This document shows, piece after piece, positions 25,355 to 37,473 of a stretch of 64,000 bases of DNA. The notes below the pieces were generated by a model that was given only the letters and a program-made list of their open reading frames with translations, ran no database searches and had not been told where the DNA came from. Every line of letters starts with the position of its first letter. Within the stretch, counting starts at the first letter, position 1. Source of the stretch: Takakia lepidozioides. Taxonomy: Eukaryota > Plantae > Bryophyta. The stretch spans positions 53,196,001 through 53,260,000 of the forward strand of contig CM060732.1 in assembly GCA_030704615.1 (NCBI GenBank). Reading direction: 5' to 3'. Position numbers and translations under genes: made by a program.

Positions 25355-25764
25355 TTAGTTCCACGGCATTTAGAAAGTGGTGAAGACAGTTGGCATCCTG
25401 TGCAACAGTTACAGCCCAACAATCTTTGAGATGAATGTGGTGGGGGGGTGGCACCCACAGCACCATCCAAATGCTCTTGGAGACAAACAAATGTCCCAGA
25501 AGGTATGCTGATAGGCTCAGAAAACCACATTCTCCCTGAGGTTGTAAGGAGAAATACTTTGTGCTCCACCTCCACATCAAGCAATACATGTGTGAGGTAG
25601 GTGGATCCTCAATTTGAGAATGCAATTTATCATCCACATGGAATGCCCTGGTGGTCCACCTCAGAGCCGCAGTGCTCTTGCTCCTTTGTCCTGCATCATC
25701 TCTCTCACCTTGGGTGTATCATCCCACCTGTAGTCGAACAGATGTTTGATAGCAGTGCCATGGA
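25355..25764 (-). pseudogene. Decayed E/E+/DYW remnant of PPR-A
   Basis: Frameshifted pieces RWDDTPKVREMMQDKG, HVDDKLHSQIE, LDVEVEHK and VAQDANCLHHFLN correspond to RWDDKAKVRKMMEDQG, VVDDRSHPQIE, HDLEEEHK and VVRDAYRFHHFQD of the intact paralog. Confidence 0.8.
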
Positions 25765-28700
25765 TCAAACTATGAGGTATTTTGCCACACGTTCTGCTAC
25801 TTTCACATTGCCATGAGTTCTGCATGCACCAAGCAAGGCCCTCCACAAAGCAGCACTTGGTTTAATTGGCATCCTGTTAATGAAGTTCTCTACCTCATTC
25901 CATCGCCCTGCACGACCAAGAAGGCCCACCATGCAGCCAAAATGCTCGGCTGTGGGAGTGAGGCCATGATCTCGATACATGGAATTAAAATAGTGACAAC
26001 CTTCATCCACTAGACCCATATGGTTACACGCAGAAAGAATGCCTGTAAAAGTGATACTGTCTGGCTTGAACCCATCCTGTTGCATTTGTTCCAGTAGTTG
26101 AAGGGCCTTCCTACCATACCCATGCTGAGCATATCCTGCGATCAGGGCGTTCCAGGAGACCACGTTTTGGTGCACCATATTGACAAACACACAACACGCA
26201 TCTTTCATGCTTCCACACTTGGCATACATGTCGACAAGAGTAGTCTCCAGAGTGCTATCTAGCACGAGTCCAACTTTGATGATGTCGGCATGGACCCCTC
26301 TGCCCTTCTCCAGGGCTACCATGCTGGCACAAGCCTTGAGAACAGAAATGAACGTCACCTTGTTGGGCAAAAACCCTTCCCGTACCATTTGCTCATAGAT
26401 CTCGAGAGCCTCCATACCACAACCATGTTGAGCATATCCTGCAATCATTGCACTCCATGAGACCACATCTCGTTCACCCATACTGTTAAACACTGGGTGC
26501 GCATCCTCCATTCTCCCACATTTTGCATACATGTCAACAAGGGCAGTCTCCAGAATAATATCCGGCAGAATTCCGGCTTTTACGATATCAGCATGGACCT
26601 CTTTGCCCACTTTGTGGGCTGCCAGGATGGCACAAGCCTTGAGAACACAGATAAACGTGACCTTGTCGGGTATCACGCCTCCTCGTATCATTTGCTCATA
26701 TATCTTCAAAGCTTCCATACCATACCCATGCTTCCCATATCCTGCCATCATTATTGTCCACGTAAACACATCTCGTTCAGGCATTTTGTCAAATACTATG
26801 CGAGCATCCACCATGCTTCCACACTTAACATACATGTCGACAAGGGTGGTGAGTAGAAAGATATTTGGCTTGAAACCACTTAGGATAATGTGGGTGTGCA
26901 CCTGCTTTCCCATTTCATGGTTTGCAATATTTTTGCATTCCTGCAGGAGACAAACATACGTTTTGGAGTCTGCTGGAATGCCTTGTGTATACAAAATGTG
27001 CAGTGCCAATTTCAGTTGTCCTGCCTTGCATAGTGCCCTCACATCTCCACAATAGGCAGAGGAGTTCTTGATGACTCCATCACCAAATTGTGATTGGCCT
27101 TGCATAATGGCAACTAGTGCTGCTCTCCCCCAAGGAGGGTTTGACCAACCCTTAACCCAATGGGCCCCATTGGTCCACTTCTGTCTGCAGTCTGGAGCAC
27201 TTCGACTTTTCTGTGAAGACCACCGGTGTGCAGGTGAGCAGCCATATTTCTATCAAAGCCCCACATATCACCAGAGCTATAAGGCCGCTTGAATCATAGG
27301 GAATAACCTTGAACAATCACCTTTCAGTAGGAGTGCCATGTGTTTGCAACGAAGAAAAAAACTGTACTTCATTTCAACTGGACAATCCTATCCAGAAAAC
27401 ATCATCACGCCAGTTAAGCACAAGCCTTCTATAAAAACTATTTCAAGCCTTAAATGAAGATAGCCTCACCTTACTCAAAGTGTTGTCCCACCACTGTGAA
27501 GGATCTGAGTAGAACTCCTGCCAAACTTGTGCTTTGCAGTTTTCGTCAGCTGAATGCAAGAAATATGAGCACTTTCCAACTCCCTGGTCTCTGTTAAGGA
27601 ACCGTAGTGCTAAAACACATCTTCAGCAACTCTATTGAGGAATGCTAGTGTTCCATCTCTTTCTCTCTCTATTTGATTCTTGGGGAGGTTTGCAAAGAAG
27701 AGGCTTAATTAGTATGTTCATAATATAATTTGACATCCTTATTAGATATGACATCCCATCCATGACAAATAATCCTGTATGTTAGGAGTGCACACTCGTA
27801 CTAATTTGTGATGTGTGTCTTTCAAAGTCCTGGTAGTGCTTCGAGTTTCTTGAATGCTAAACTAACCACATTCTTAGAGCCTTGTCTTGATCCATAGCTC
27901 CAATATGGTGAGTAAATAATCCCGACCCACCCTCCCTCTTCTTGGTTAGATTTTTGTGGTTTACAAATCTACTTTTCTTAGAATTTTTTTCGCTAGTAAG
28001 TCAGGAAAATTTAAGCAACTCGTACATAGTTTAGTATATGTGCCCTAATACTGCCAGACTGAGAACTGAAAAACTGTAAGGGTCGGTGATGGTGCCTGAA
28101 AAAGCTACGAATGTCCTTCTATGTGAGATCATTTTCAGTTTGATCACAAGCTGTCTAATCTCTCTCTCAAAGGGTCTATGGCCACAAGGCTACAGCAAAC
28201 GTCTTATATGAGCACATTCTCTCTCCACCCAAACTTGGTGTGGGGTCTAGGTCACAAAAATACGGCAAACGTCTTCCGAATACATTCTCTCTACCTTCTT
28301 CCCCCTGCGGTAGTAGGTCAGAGGGATGAGATGAATATATCTGTCCACATCATATGCTTTCCACCACCTAGTTGCCATAGTTCTCGAGTCTGGGGTGAGC
28401 AGAAAGGTAGAGTAAGGACAACCTGAATTCCTTGATTCCACAAAGCTCATTTTGCTCACAACTACCTGTCTCCTGCTTGACAACAGCCCACACGTCAGAT
28501 ACTTCCCACTGGTCTCCAACACCCAGTACTTGCTAATATCTACTACACTGTCCCCACAACCACCCAACCAGAAAAGTGATCAGGACAGTACCCAACTACC
28601 CCTCCCTTCCATTCGAAGTGGTTCTGGCATTCACTCCATGAAATCAAATGTTGGTCCACACAGAATAGCCCTAAGAGGAGCAGGAATGCACCCAATTCAG

Positions 28701-29026
28701 GGGAAGAAGGAAAAGCAGTAACATGTTCTGCCTACCTGTCTGAAAGAGAGACTCCCCATAAAAGCTGCTGAGAGTAGGTAGCATGATATCCAAAGCTCTT
28801 CCTCCTCTAAACTCCTGGATATATGAAGCCCGCTCCTGCACAACTTTTGGTTTAAGATACCCATGTGAGGTTGAAGGACAAAGAAAACGATACTGGTCTT
28901 CGCACCAATGTCGTTTTTGCTACTGCAGCTGTCCTCAACCAGAAATCCTATGACAGAAATTCTGTGCCCTTTCTGCATACGGTGCCCTGCATTCTCAGCC
29001 AGAGCATCCCACATCGCCAATGTGAG
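25765..29026 (-). CDS. Chimeric OSB(OB-fold + PDF motif)-PLS-PPR gene (PPR-A); E domain truncated, possibly a pseudogene
   Basis: Exons ~28736-29026 (LTLAMWDALAENAGHRMQKGHRISVIGFL), 28423-28465 (VVVSKMSFVESRNS), 27470-27549 (QVWQEFYSDPSQWWDNTLSK) and 25765-27210 (KSRSAPDCRQKWTNGAHWVKGWSNPPWG, then PLS triplets). The junctions between these exons are GT-AG and in frame. The acceptor of the OB exon looks damaged. Confidence 0.8.
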
Positions 29027-31457
29027 TGCAGAAGTATGAAGTATGAACATATGAACCCAAGATCATTTCCTGAGAGGCTAAATGTACGCCATCCGTATTG
29101 TTGTTCGACATTCATCTATCTGCAAATTCTCTTCTCCCTCCTCTCTCTGCACACGTGTGCGAGTTCATGTCACTCCCGATGTCATGTTTTGTGAACAACC
29201 TTCAACTTGGCAATCAATCTAAGCTTATGAAGCAAGACGTTTGTTTTGTTTTGTTTTGTTTTGTTTTGTTTTTGTCACGTTGAGATGTCCCAAACCGCGG
29301 GCCCAGCATGGGTGCTTGGTAGGGTTGGAAAGCCCTCGACGAGGAGGGGTGCATGGGCTTAGTCTCACGATTTTTGGACCTGCGGTGTGGGAGATGTGGA
29401 ATTCCAAGTACTTTTGGTCGTGAAAAATAGCAAAAATGGCATTCCTGGGACAATGGTTGGAGCCTCGAGGGGAAAGATATCAAGGGAAAGGTCTCCGGTT
29501 CAAATCTGGTCATAGGCTCTGTGGAAAAAAACTTACTTAGATGACATTGGACACTTGGGGCCAACAGCAAAGGCCACACCGACTTGGTCTCATGATTTTT
29601 GGACTTGCGGTGTGGGAGATGTGGAATTTCAAGTACTTTTGATCCTTGGAAATTCACGAAAAATAGCAAAGTGGGCTTATGGGACGAAGGTTGGAGCCTC
29701 AACAAGATCCGGAGAGAAATCAAGGAAAAATTCATCCGGTTCAAATGTGGTGTGGAAAGAAAATGCATTTAGACTTAGATGACATAGGAGAAGCTTAGAT
29801 GCATATGGGAGGCGCCCTTGGATACATATTGCACTTGGGCTTAGATGACAGCGGACACTTGGGCCTCTACATGGGAGATGCACTTGGAGATATGAATAGA
29901 ACATTGCACTTGGGATTGGGGAAAAATAGCAAAGTGGGCATTCCTAGGAGAATGGTTGGAGCCTTGACGGGAGAGACAACAAGGGAGAGGTCTCCGGTTC
30001 AAATCTGGTCATAGGCTATGTGGAAAAAAAATGATTAGATATGGCTAAATTATTAGACTTAGATGAGAGTGGACACTTGGGCCAACGGCACAGGCTACCC
30101 CAGAGGTCGCACTTGGGCCTCACTTAAGAGACGCACTAGGATATATATGAGATTGGCACTTGGGCTTGGATGACACTGGGCATTTGGGCCAACGGCACAA
30201 GCTACCCTAGAGGTCGCATTTGAGCCTTGTCGTAGGAGACACACTTGAATATATAGGGGATAGCACTTGGAGATATCAAGGGAAAGGTCTCCGGTTCAAA
30301 TCTGGTCATAGGCTCTATGAAAAAAAAATGATTGGGTATGGCTTGCTTCATATATTGATGCACTTGACTTAGATCACACTGGACACTGGGGCCAACGTCA
30401 CAAGCTACCCTAGTCAATACATGAAGCGAGACGTTTGTTTTCTTTGTTTTGTTTTGTAGCGTCGTTGAGATCTCCCAAACCGCGTCCCCAGCCCCGGTGC
30501 TTGGTGCCGTTGGAAAGCCCTCGAGGAGGAGGGGTGCACCGGCTTGGTCTCATGATTTTCGGACAAGCAGTGAGGGAGATGTGGAATTCCAAGTACTTTT
30601 GGTTGTTGAAAATTCACAAAAATATAGCAAAAATGGCAAAGTGGGCATTCCTGGGACAATGGTTGGAGCCTCTACGGAAGAGATGTCAAGGGAAAGGTCT
30701 CCGGTTCAAATCTGGTTGTAGGTTCTGAAATGATTAGATATGGCTTGCTTCATATATTGATGCACTTGGACTTGGATGACATTGGACACTTGGGCCAACG
30801 GCAAAGGCTACCCTAGAGGTTGCATTTGGGCCTCGACATAGGAAACGCACTTTGATACATAGGGTATTGCACTTGGACTTAGACGACACTGGACACTTGG
30901 ACCAACGGCACATGCTACCCTAGTCAATATTTGAAGCGAGACGTTTGTTTTGTTTTGTTTTGTTTTGTTACGTTGAGATGTCTCAAACCGCGAGTCCCCA
31001 GCCCTGGTGCTTGGTCCCGTTGGAAAGCCCTCCGACGAGGAGGGGTGTATGGGCTTGGTCTCAGGATTTTTGGACGTGCAGTGGGGAGATGTGGAATTTC
31101 AAGTACTTTTGATCGCTAGAAATTCACAAAAAATAGCAAAAATGGCAAAGTGGGCATTCATGGGACAATGGTTGGAGCCTCGACGGAGAGATATCAAGGG
31201 ATAGGTCTCCGGTTCAAATCCGGTCGTAGGCTTTGTGGAAAAAAACCTATTTGGATGACATTGGACACTTGGGCCGATGGCAAAGGCTACCCTAGAGGTT
31301 GCATTTGGGCCTCGACATAGGAGACGGACTTTGAGGCACTTGGACTTAGATGACACTGGACACTTGGGCCAACGGCACAAGCTACCCTAGAAAAAAAAAA
31401 ATGATTAGATATGGGATTGCACTTGGACTTAGATGACACTAGACACTTGGGCTTGTA

Positions 31458-33330
31458 CATGGGAGCAGCGTAGCTACGGCGTGAGCCCAGCCCCGTGAGC
31501 TTGGGAACTGAGCTCACGGTTTAGCCGCAAAGCGCGAGCTCAGCTCACGCTTTACGAAGCGTGAGCGTGACATTGATGCGCGAGGAATAGGCCCTATAGG
31601 CGAGAAAGAGGGCCTATCAATAGCGTGGAATAATATGGCTACCATGTAACATGGCTGTCATGGCTGCAAAAAAAGAGGGATAGAAGCATATGGCAAACGT
31701 CAACGGTACAATGATAACCTTTATTTGAATTCATATAAAGAACCTTGCAATGAATTGCAGGCGCAATTGCCCGGTGTGGCACATACTGAAATGTATGTGT
31801 GTCGTACTCGTACAGACATGTCGTGAAAAGCTGGAAGACCAGGGAGGCAAGTTGACATTATCCAAAACTGCTCAAAGAGAAGCAGCTGAAGCATGACGTG
31901 AGGTGTCCCACTGCAGAAGAGTATGAACTTCAGCGTAACCTAATGAGGCTTGATAAATGAATTGGTCTCTCTTGCCGTCGCAGTACATCCTCACAAGATA
32001 TAACGAATATTCCTTCGTACCGGAAGGCAGTAGCCCTTCTGGGTTAAGTGACACCATAAGTTACGTTTGCTTCGGCAACGCGTCCACCTTTTTTTTTTAA
32101 TCCAATATTGATGCTTGCAGGGGACCCACTTCCCTCTCTTCCACAGAGCGCCCTCACGCATGGTTACAAAATCGGGACAAGTACACGCAGGAAGATTGCC
32201 TACTGTAACATGATATTCTTTAATATGAACAACAGAACCGTCAGCCACCAGCGTGTAAATTCTCCCATACCCCGGGGCCGGGACTTCCATAATACGAGTC
32301 ACTTGAGCCTGCATAATTCTGGCTGACTCCATCTTGCAGTTGTGATCTGCACCCAAAGGGATATGGCGCACTGGTTTCCCATCTCGGATTGTTGGGTGGG
32401 AGTCGGCACCGGGTGGAGGAATTGGAGGAATAGAAGGCACATTAATACCCAGGTTGCATGAAGGCACCACCGGAGACCATGGATGATGGAACCCAACCTC
32501 CTCCAGCATGCTAATCTCTGTTGATGACAGCAGATCCCTCAGTGCACCTGTTAAGTGCCCTCGCCATCTTTGCCTAAACCCTAAATCCTGAACCGCAAAT
32601 CCTAATCCTAAATCATAAACCCTAAACTTCATCTAGCAAAAGTGATGAACGTCAACAATTATCATAACTACCCAAATGCCGAAACAGAGCAGAAGTGATG
32701 ATCGTCGACGATCATCACGACATCTACCCACTGCCAAAACAGAGCAGAAGTGATGATTGTTGACGATCATCACTTCTGTTCGGTTTTTTTTTTTTTTCAA
32801 AATACGGGAAAAAAAAAACATCATTGACGATCATCACTTCTGTTCTGTTTTGGCATTGGATAGATGTCATGATGATCTTCGACGATCATCACTTCTGCTC
32901 TGTCTTGACATTTGGGTAGTTGTGATGATCGTCGACGATCATCACTTCTGCTCTGTTTTAGCATTTGGGTAGTTCTGCTAGATGGAGTTTAGGGTTATGA
33001 TTCAGGATTAGGGTTTGCGATTTAGGATTTAGGGTTTAGGGTTAGAGAAGGTGAGAGGGATTGCAGGGTGGGAGGGGATGGAACACACAGTTCGATGCCA
33101 TGGTAATTGCGAAGTTTGCCTCGCGCCGTCTCTCCATCTATCCCTGTCATGTCCGCCATCACCCCTCCATCCCTGCTTATTCACCTCCTTGTCTGTATCG
33201 ATTTGTTTTCTTCTACGATATTATATACATTAATTCCGCGAAAATAAAATCCTCCCACGAAATAAGTCCAGTATGCGTGCAATAATTGTTTGCCGTACCG
33301 TGAGCCTGGCTGGGCTCACAGGCTCCCATG
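31458..33330 (-). mobile_element. Nested TIR DNA transposon with a SWIM zinc-finger ORF remnant
   Basis: Inverted termini catgggagc..gtgagcccagcc..gctcacggt and accgtgagcctggctgggctcacaggctcccatg. ORF 31991-32632 contains CTCPDF...CKH (SWIM). Confidence 0.65.
32572..33043. repeat. Foldback (long inverted repeat) element with telomere-like arms
   Basis: The left arm (CCCTAAA-like) is the reverse complement of the right arm (TTTAGGG-like). Inside are inverted gatcgtcgacgatcatcac repeats around a poly-T/poly-A centre. Confidence 0.85.
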
Positions 33331-34589
33331 CTCAGAATATAGCATTCCCCACATGGGAGATGCACTTGGATACATGAATAAAAGATTGCACTTGGCTTAG
33401 ATTTCAATTCTTCACACATGGGCCAACTGCATAGGCTACACTAGAGGTCGCATTTGGGCCTCGACATAAGAGACCCACGGGATACATAAGAAATTGCACT
33501 TGGGCTTACATTTCAATTCTTCACACATAGGCCTTGACATATGAGATGTTACTTGAATACATAGGGGATTGCACTTGGACTTAGATTTCAATTCTTAACA
33601 CATGGGCCAATGGCACAGGCTACCCTAGGCCTAGATCTCCCAAACAAGAGGGTCTCTAGATACATAGGGGATTGCACTTGGACTGAGATGACACTGGACC
33701 GTTGGGTGAACGGCACAGGCTACCTTAGAGGTCGCACTTGGGCCTCGACATAGGAGATGCAGTGGGATACATAGAAGATCTTACACTTGGGCTTAGATGA
33801 CACTGGACACTTGGGCCTACAGCACAAGCTACCTAGAGGTCGTGCTTGGGCCTCGACATAGGAGACGTAGTGGGATGCATAGAAGATCTTAGACTTGGGC
33901 TTAGATGACAGTGGACACTTGGGCCAACAACACAGACTGCCCTAGAGGTCGCATTTGGACCTCGACATAGGAGACGCACTTGGATACATAGGGAATTGCA
34001 CTTGGACTTAGATGACACTGGACACTTGGGCCAACGGCACAGGCTACCCTATCAAGATCTATAAAGGAAGCCAGTTTGTTTTGTTTTGTTTTGTTTTGTT
34101 TTGTCACGTTAAGATGTCCCAAACCGCAAGGCCCCAACCCTGGTGCTTGGTACCGTTGGAAAGCGATCGACGAGGAGGGGTGCATGGGCTTGGTCTCATG
34201 ATTTTTGGACCTGCGGTGTGGGAGATGTGGAATTCCAAGTACTTTTGGTCGCTGGAAATTCACAAAAAATAGCAAAAATGGCAAAGTATGCATTCCTGGG
34301 ACAATGGTTGGAGCCTCGTCAGGAGAGATATCAAGGGAAAGGTCTCCGGTTCAAATCTGGTCGTAGGCTCTGTGGAAAAAAACTTACTTAGATGACATTG
34401 AACACTTGGGCCAACGGCAAAGGCTACCCTAGAGGTTGCATTTGGGCCTCGACATAAGAGACGCACTCTGATACATAGGGGATTGCACTTGGACTTAGAT
34501 GACACTGGACACTTGGGCCAACGGCACAGGCTACCCTAGTCTGTTTCTATAGTGTCCAGACATGAACTTATTGGAAGAGAGCCCCGCTC

Positions 34590-34830
34590 TCCTTTATATA
34601 CCCTCACAAGGGGGTGGGACCCTTCTAGAAGGCTGCCCTAGATTACACGTCACCCCTAGAAACCACCACATGACACCTGCTTACCCCAATTTGGCGAATG
34701 AACCATCCTTGCTACCTTGCTACCTTGTTGTTTTTTAACCCCTTACCCCTTACATGACAGTTATTAATTCAACTCCTGGTGTAGCTTACTTATACCCCCA
34801 CTTTTTAATTCCTGGACCACCCTCTAATGG
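34590..34830 (+). repeat. Dispersed repeat; second copy at ~41305-41565
   Basis: Shared tttatataccctc...ttctagaag...ccccttacatgac.gtta.taattcaa...gtgtagcttact...ccactttttaattcct.gaccac. Confidence 0.7.
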
Positions 34831-34909
34831 ACAGGGCCCACCCAAACTTGGGCCAAACTTGGGGGTACTTATTGGTAATGGTCTCAAGTCTCAACCACCA
34901 AGGGTTTTT

Positions 34910-35200
34910 GTTGGCCCTGCCCGACAAGGTAGGGACTACGCATCAAGTTGGCCAAAGTGCCCTTAACCTTATATCATGGGTTGTTCCCATGAGACTTAAT
35001 GGGACCATGAAAGTTTTTAGTTCCCAGCTGGGCACATGTTACACTCATTTCTTTATTGGCCCTCCCCGACAAGGTAGGGACTACGCATCAAGTTGGCCAA
35101 AGCACCCTTAACCTTATATCATGGGTTATTCCCATGAGACTTAATGGGAGCATGAAAGTTTTTAGTTCTGACCAGTTGGGCACATGTTACCCTCATTTTT
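34910..35200 (+). repeat. Two ~145 bp tandem repeats
   Basis: ccgacaaggtagggactacgcatcaagttggccaaag...gggcacatgttac occurs twice. Confidence 0.8.
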
Positions 35201-37473
35201 TCGTTTTGTTTTGCCTTGAGCAGTGACTACATTAGTATGCATGCACATGCAGCATGAAGTACGTTAGCTCGAGTGGGTTCTAGCTGGGCACATGCTCCTT
35301 ATGTTTTCAACGTCTTCTATTCATGGCTGATTGTATATGTATATTCATCTATTCATAGATCAAATGACAATATGTGTTTATATCCCAATTGATTAGAGGT
35401 TCCTCATGTGTTCTACTCAGTCCACAATGCCATTTTTGTTTTCTCCTTATTGCCAAAAAGGCAGGTGATAAGTTATGAATGAGGATGACATAATATAATA
35501 TGAAGATATATATGTAATATGCTATAATAAATAGTACATATACTTTCCTATTTTTGTTTTTATTTTAATGATTTTTATTTTTTTGCTTGTAAAAATAGAG
35601 ATCAGTGTCGTATTAGTATATAAGTGAAAGATTGATATGTGCACGGTATATGTACTGCTATTAAATACCAAATTAGTCAACAACACGCTTAAGTGTATGT
35701 CACGCCTTGTTAGCCATAATATCATATCAGTAAAACAATGGCAGGACCTCCATGTATCTCACGCCTTGTTGGCTCTTTTGTAACATGTTCAAGTCTTGGG
35801 AGAAAATGTAGTCAAAGGCTCTTACACCATATCAAGGCTCGGATTGGTGTGTTGTGCTGAGTCATGCCCCTCACTGTCACCTTTTTCTTATGTTTTGCCA
35901 AAGCAAGAGAGCCCATCGCCCATCCAAATTAAAATATATTATTATTTGCCTTAACATAATTCCATAAAACTTCATATCAATAACACAATGGCAGGGCCTT
36001 CGTGTATCTCACGCCTTGTTGTTCTACAAACAAGCGGCAAACATTGAACATCTCCTTGTTGGACTATGTCACTCGTGCCAGAGAGTGTGTAGCTTTCAAT
36101 TGCTAAATTGCTCAAAAGCTACGACCTCATAACAATCCAAAGTCCATTAACAAAGAAGTGAAAATAATGTCCATCTTATCCGGTGAGGAAGCGACTAATG
36201 GTTGTACCCGGCTCAGTCCAAACCCTTGTTTTCCTCAAAAAAATGTTAAAGGAGACGGATTACTCGAATTAAAAGGACATGCCCATTGATTCATGATGGG
36301 TCAAGATGTGTTTTGATTGGTGGCAGCCATTTGGCTTGCTTTCAAGTATCATGGTGGAATTAGAGTATAAATTTAGGGATTTTTGCACTAGGGCCGTGTA
36401 TTTTTTGGTCTAAGTTACATTGGTGTACATTGGTGTGTTCTCTGTTGGATGTGGTGTGCAAAATGTGGCACCAGAGCACACAGCCTAGTGGTTGGGTTTT
36501 TTGTTTGCCTCTGAATTTTGTGTGGCCTTGTGGTACGATGCTCGTTAGGTGGTGGGACCTAGCACCTCAGTAACATAGTAGCCAATTATGTACGTGCGTC
36601 AAGGATTTCAATTTTTTTTGGATTAGGCAATTTACAACTACATCCATGCAAGTAGTTACAGGATTTCCTACATGAAGGTAGTTGCAAAAATAGGGTGACC
36701 ATCAAGTAATCACAAACTACCTCTATATGGAGATAATCTCAAACTACGGCAACCATCAAACCAAGCATCAATGGGAAATGGAACCCATGACCTAAAGGGA
36801 ACAACAAACCACCTCCATGGAGATTGTCTCAAACTACGACAACCACCAAACCAAGCATCAGTGAGGAAGGAAACCCATGACCTCCAAGGGAGCAACAACA
36901 TCCTCTTACCATCAAACTTCATCCTCAACTTTACCACAAACCCATCGTTTATTGGATATATAACAAAAATAGGGTAATATGGAGGGTTTAAATTTGGTGG
37001 GCCTGCTGTCACGTCCGGTCATTACAACAAGGCCACACGAAATTGGGGGGGTTTTGTTTGTGTCTTGTGCATAACCTAGGTCATCTAAGGTGTAATCATT
37101 TGGGATAAAGAGACACTAATGTAATTTACGCTTCCTTTTGGAGTAGTCATTTTTCTTTCTTTAATCTTTATTCATGTGGGTTATCTTTTGACCCATCGCA
37201 TGCTCTTTTTATGCTACATTTTCCCCCAATCAAATATATCTTTGCTCATTTCCAGACAAAAAGAAAATCCCCATCTAGCAGAAAATTAGCCTTTGAATCC
37301 AAAAAAATCATGGTCAATTTTGCAATGTTGGTAGACCCACACTATTAATGTTGATGGAATGTCATGTGAAGTTCTTCATGTTTCAACCTAATATAGACGA
37401 ACTTCAATGTATGTACATAGCAAACGAGGTGGACATAACACACAATGAAGGTCACTTTGCAAAATCCCATTTG

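Larger units (their letters stand above)
29217..34540. mobile_element. Non-coding TE/satellite-like element built from ~55-110 bp subrepeats and several ~450 bp modules
   Basis: Many copies of gcacttggacttagatgacactggacacttgggccaacggcacaggctaccctag. Modules with (gtttt)n...ggagatgtggaattccaagtactttt...tctccggttcaaatctgg start at ~29230, ~30420, ~30930 and ~34070. Confidence 0.8.

Noticed and set aside
29217-34540. Regularly repeated units resembling a CRISPR array
   Set aside because: The units are degenerate tandem subrepeats without unique spacers, the context is eukaryotic, and there are no cas genes.
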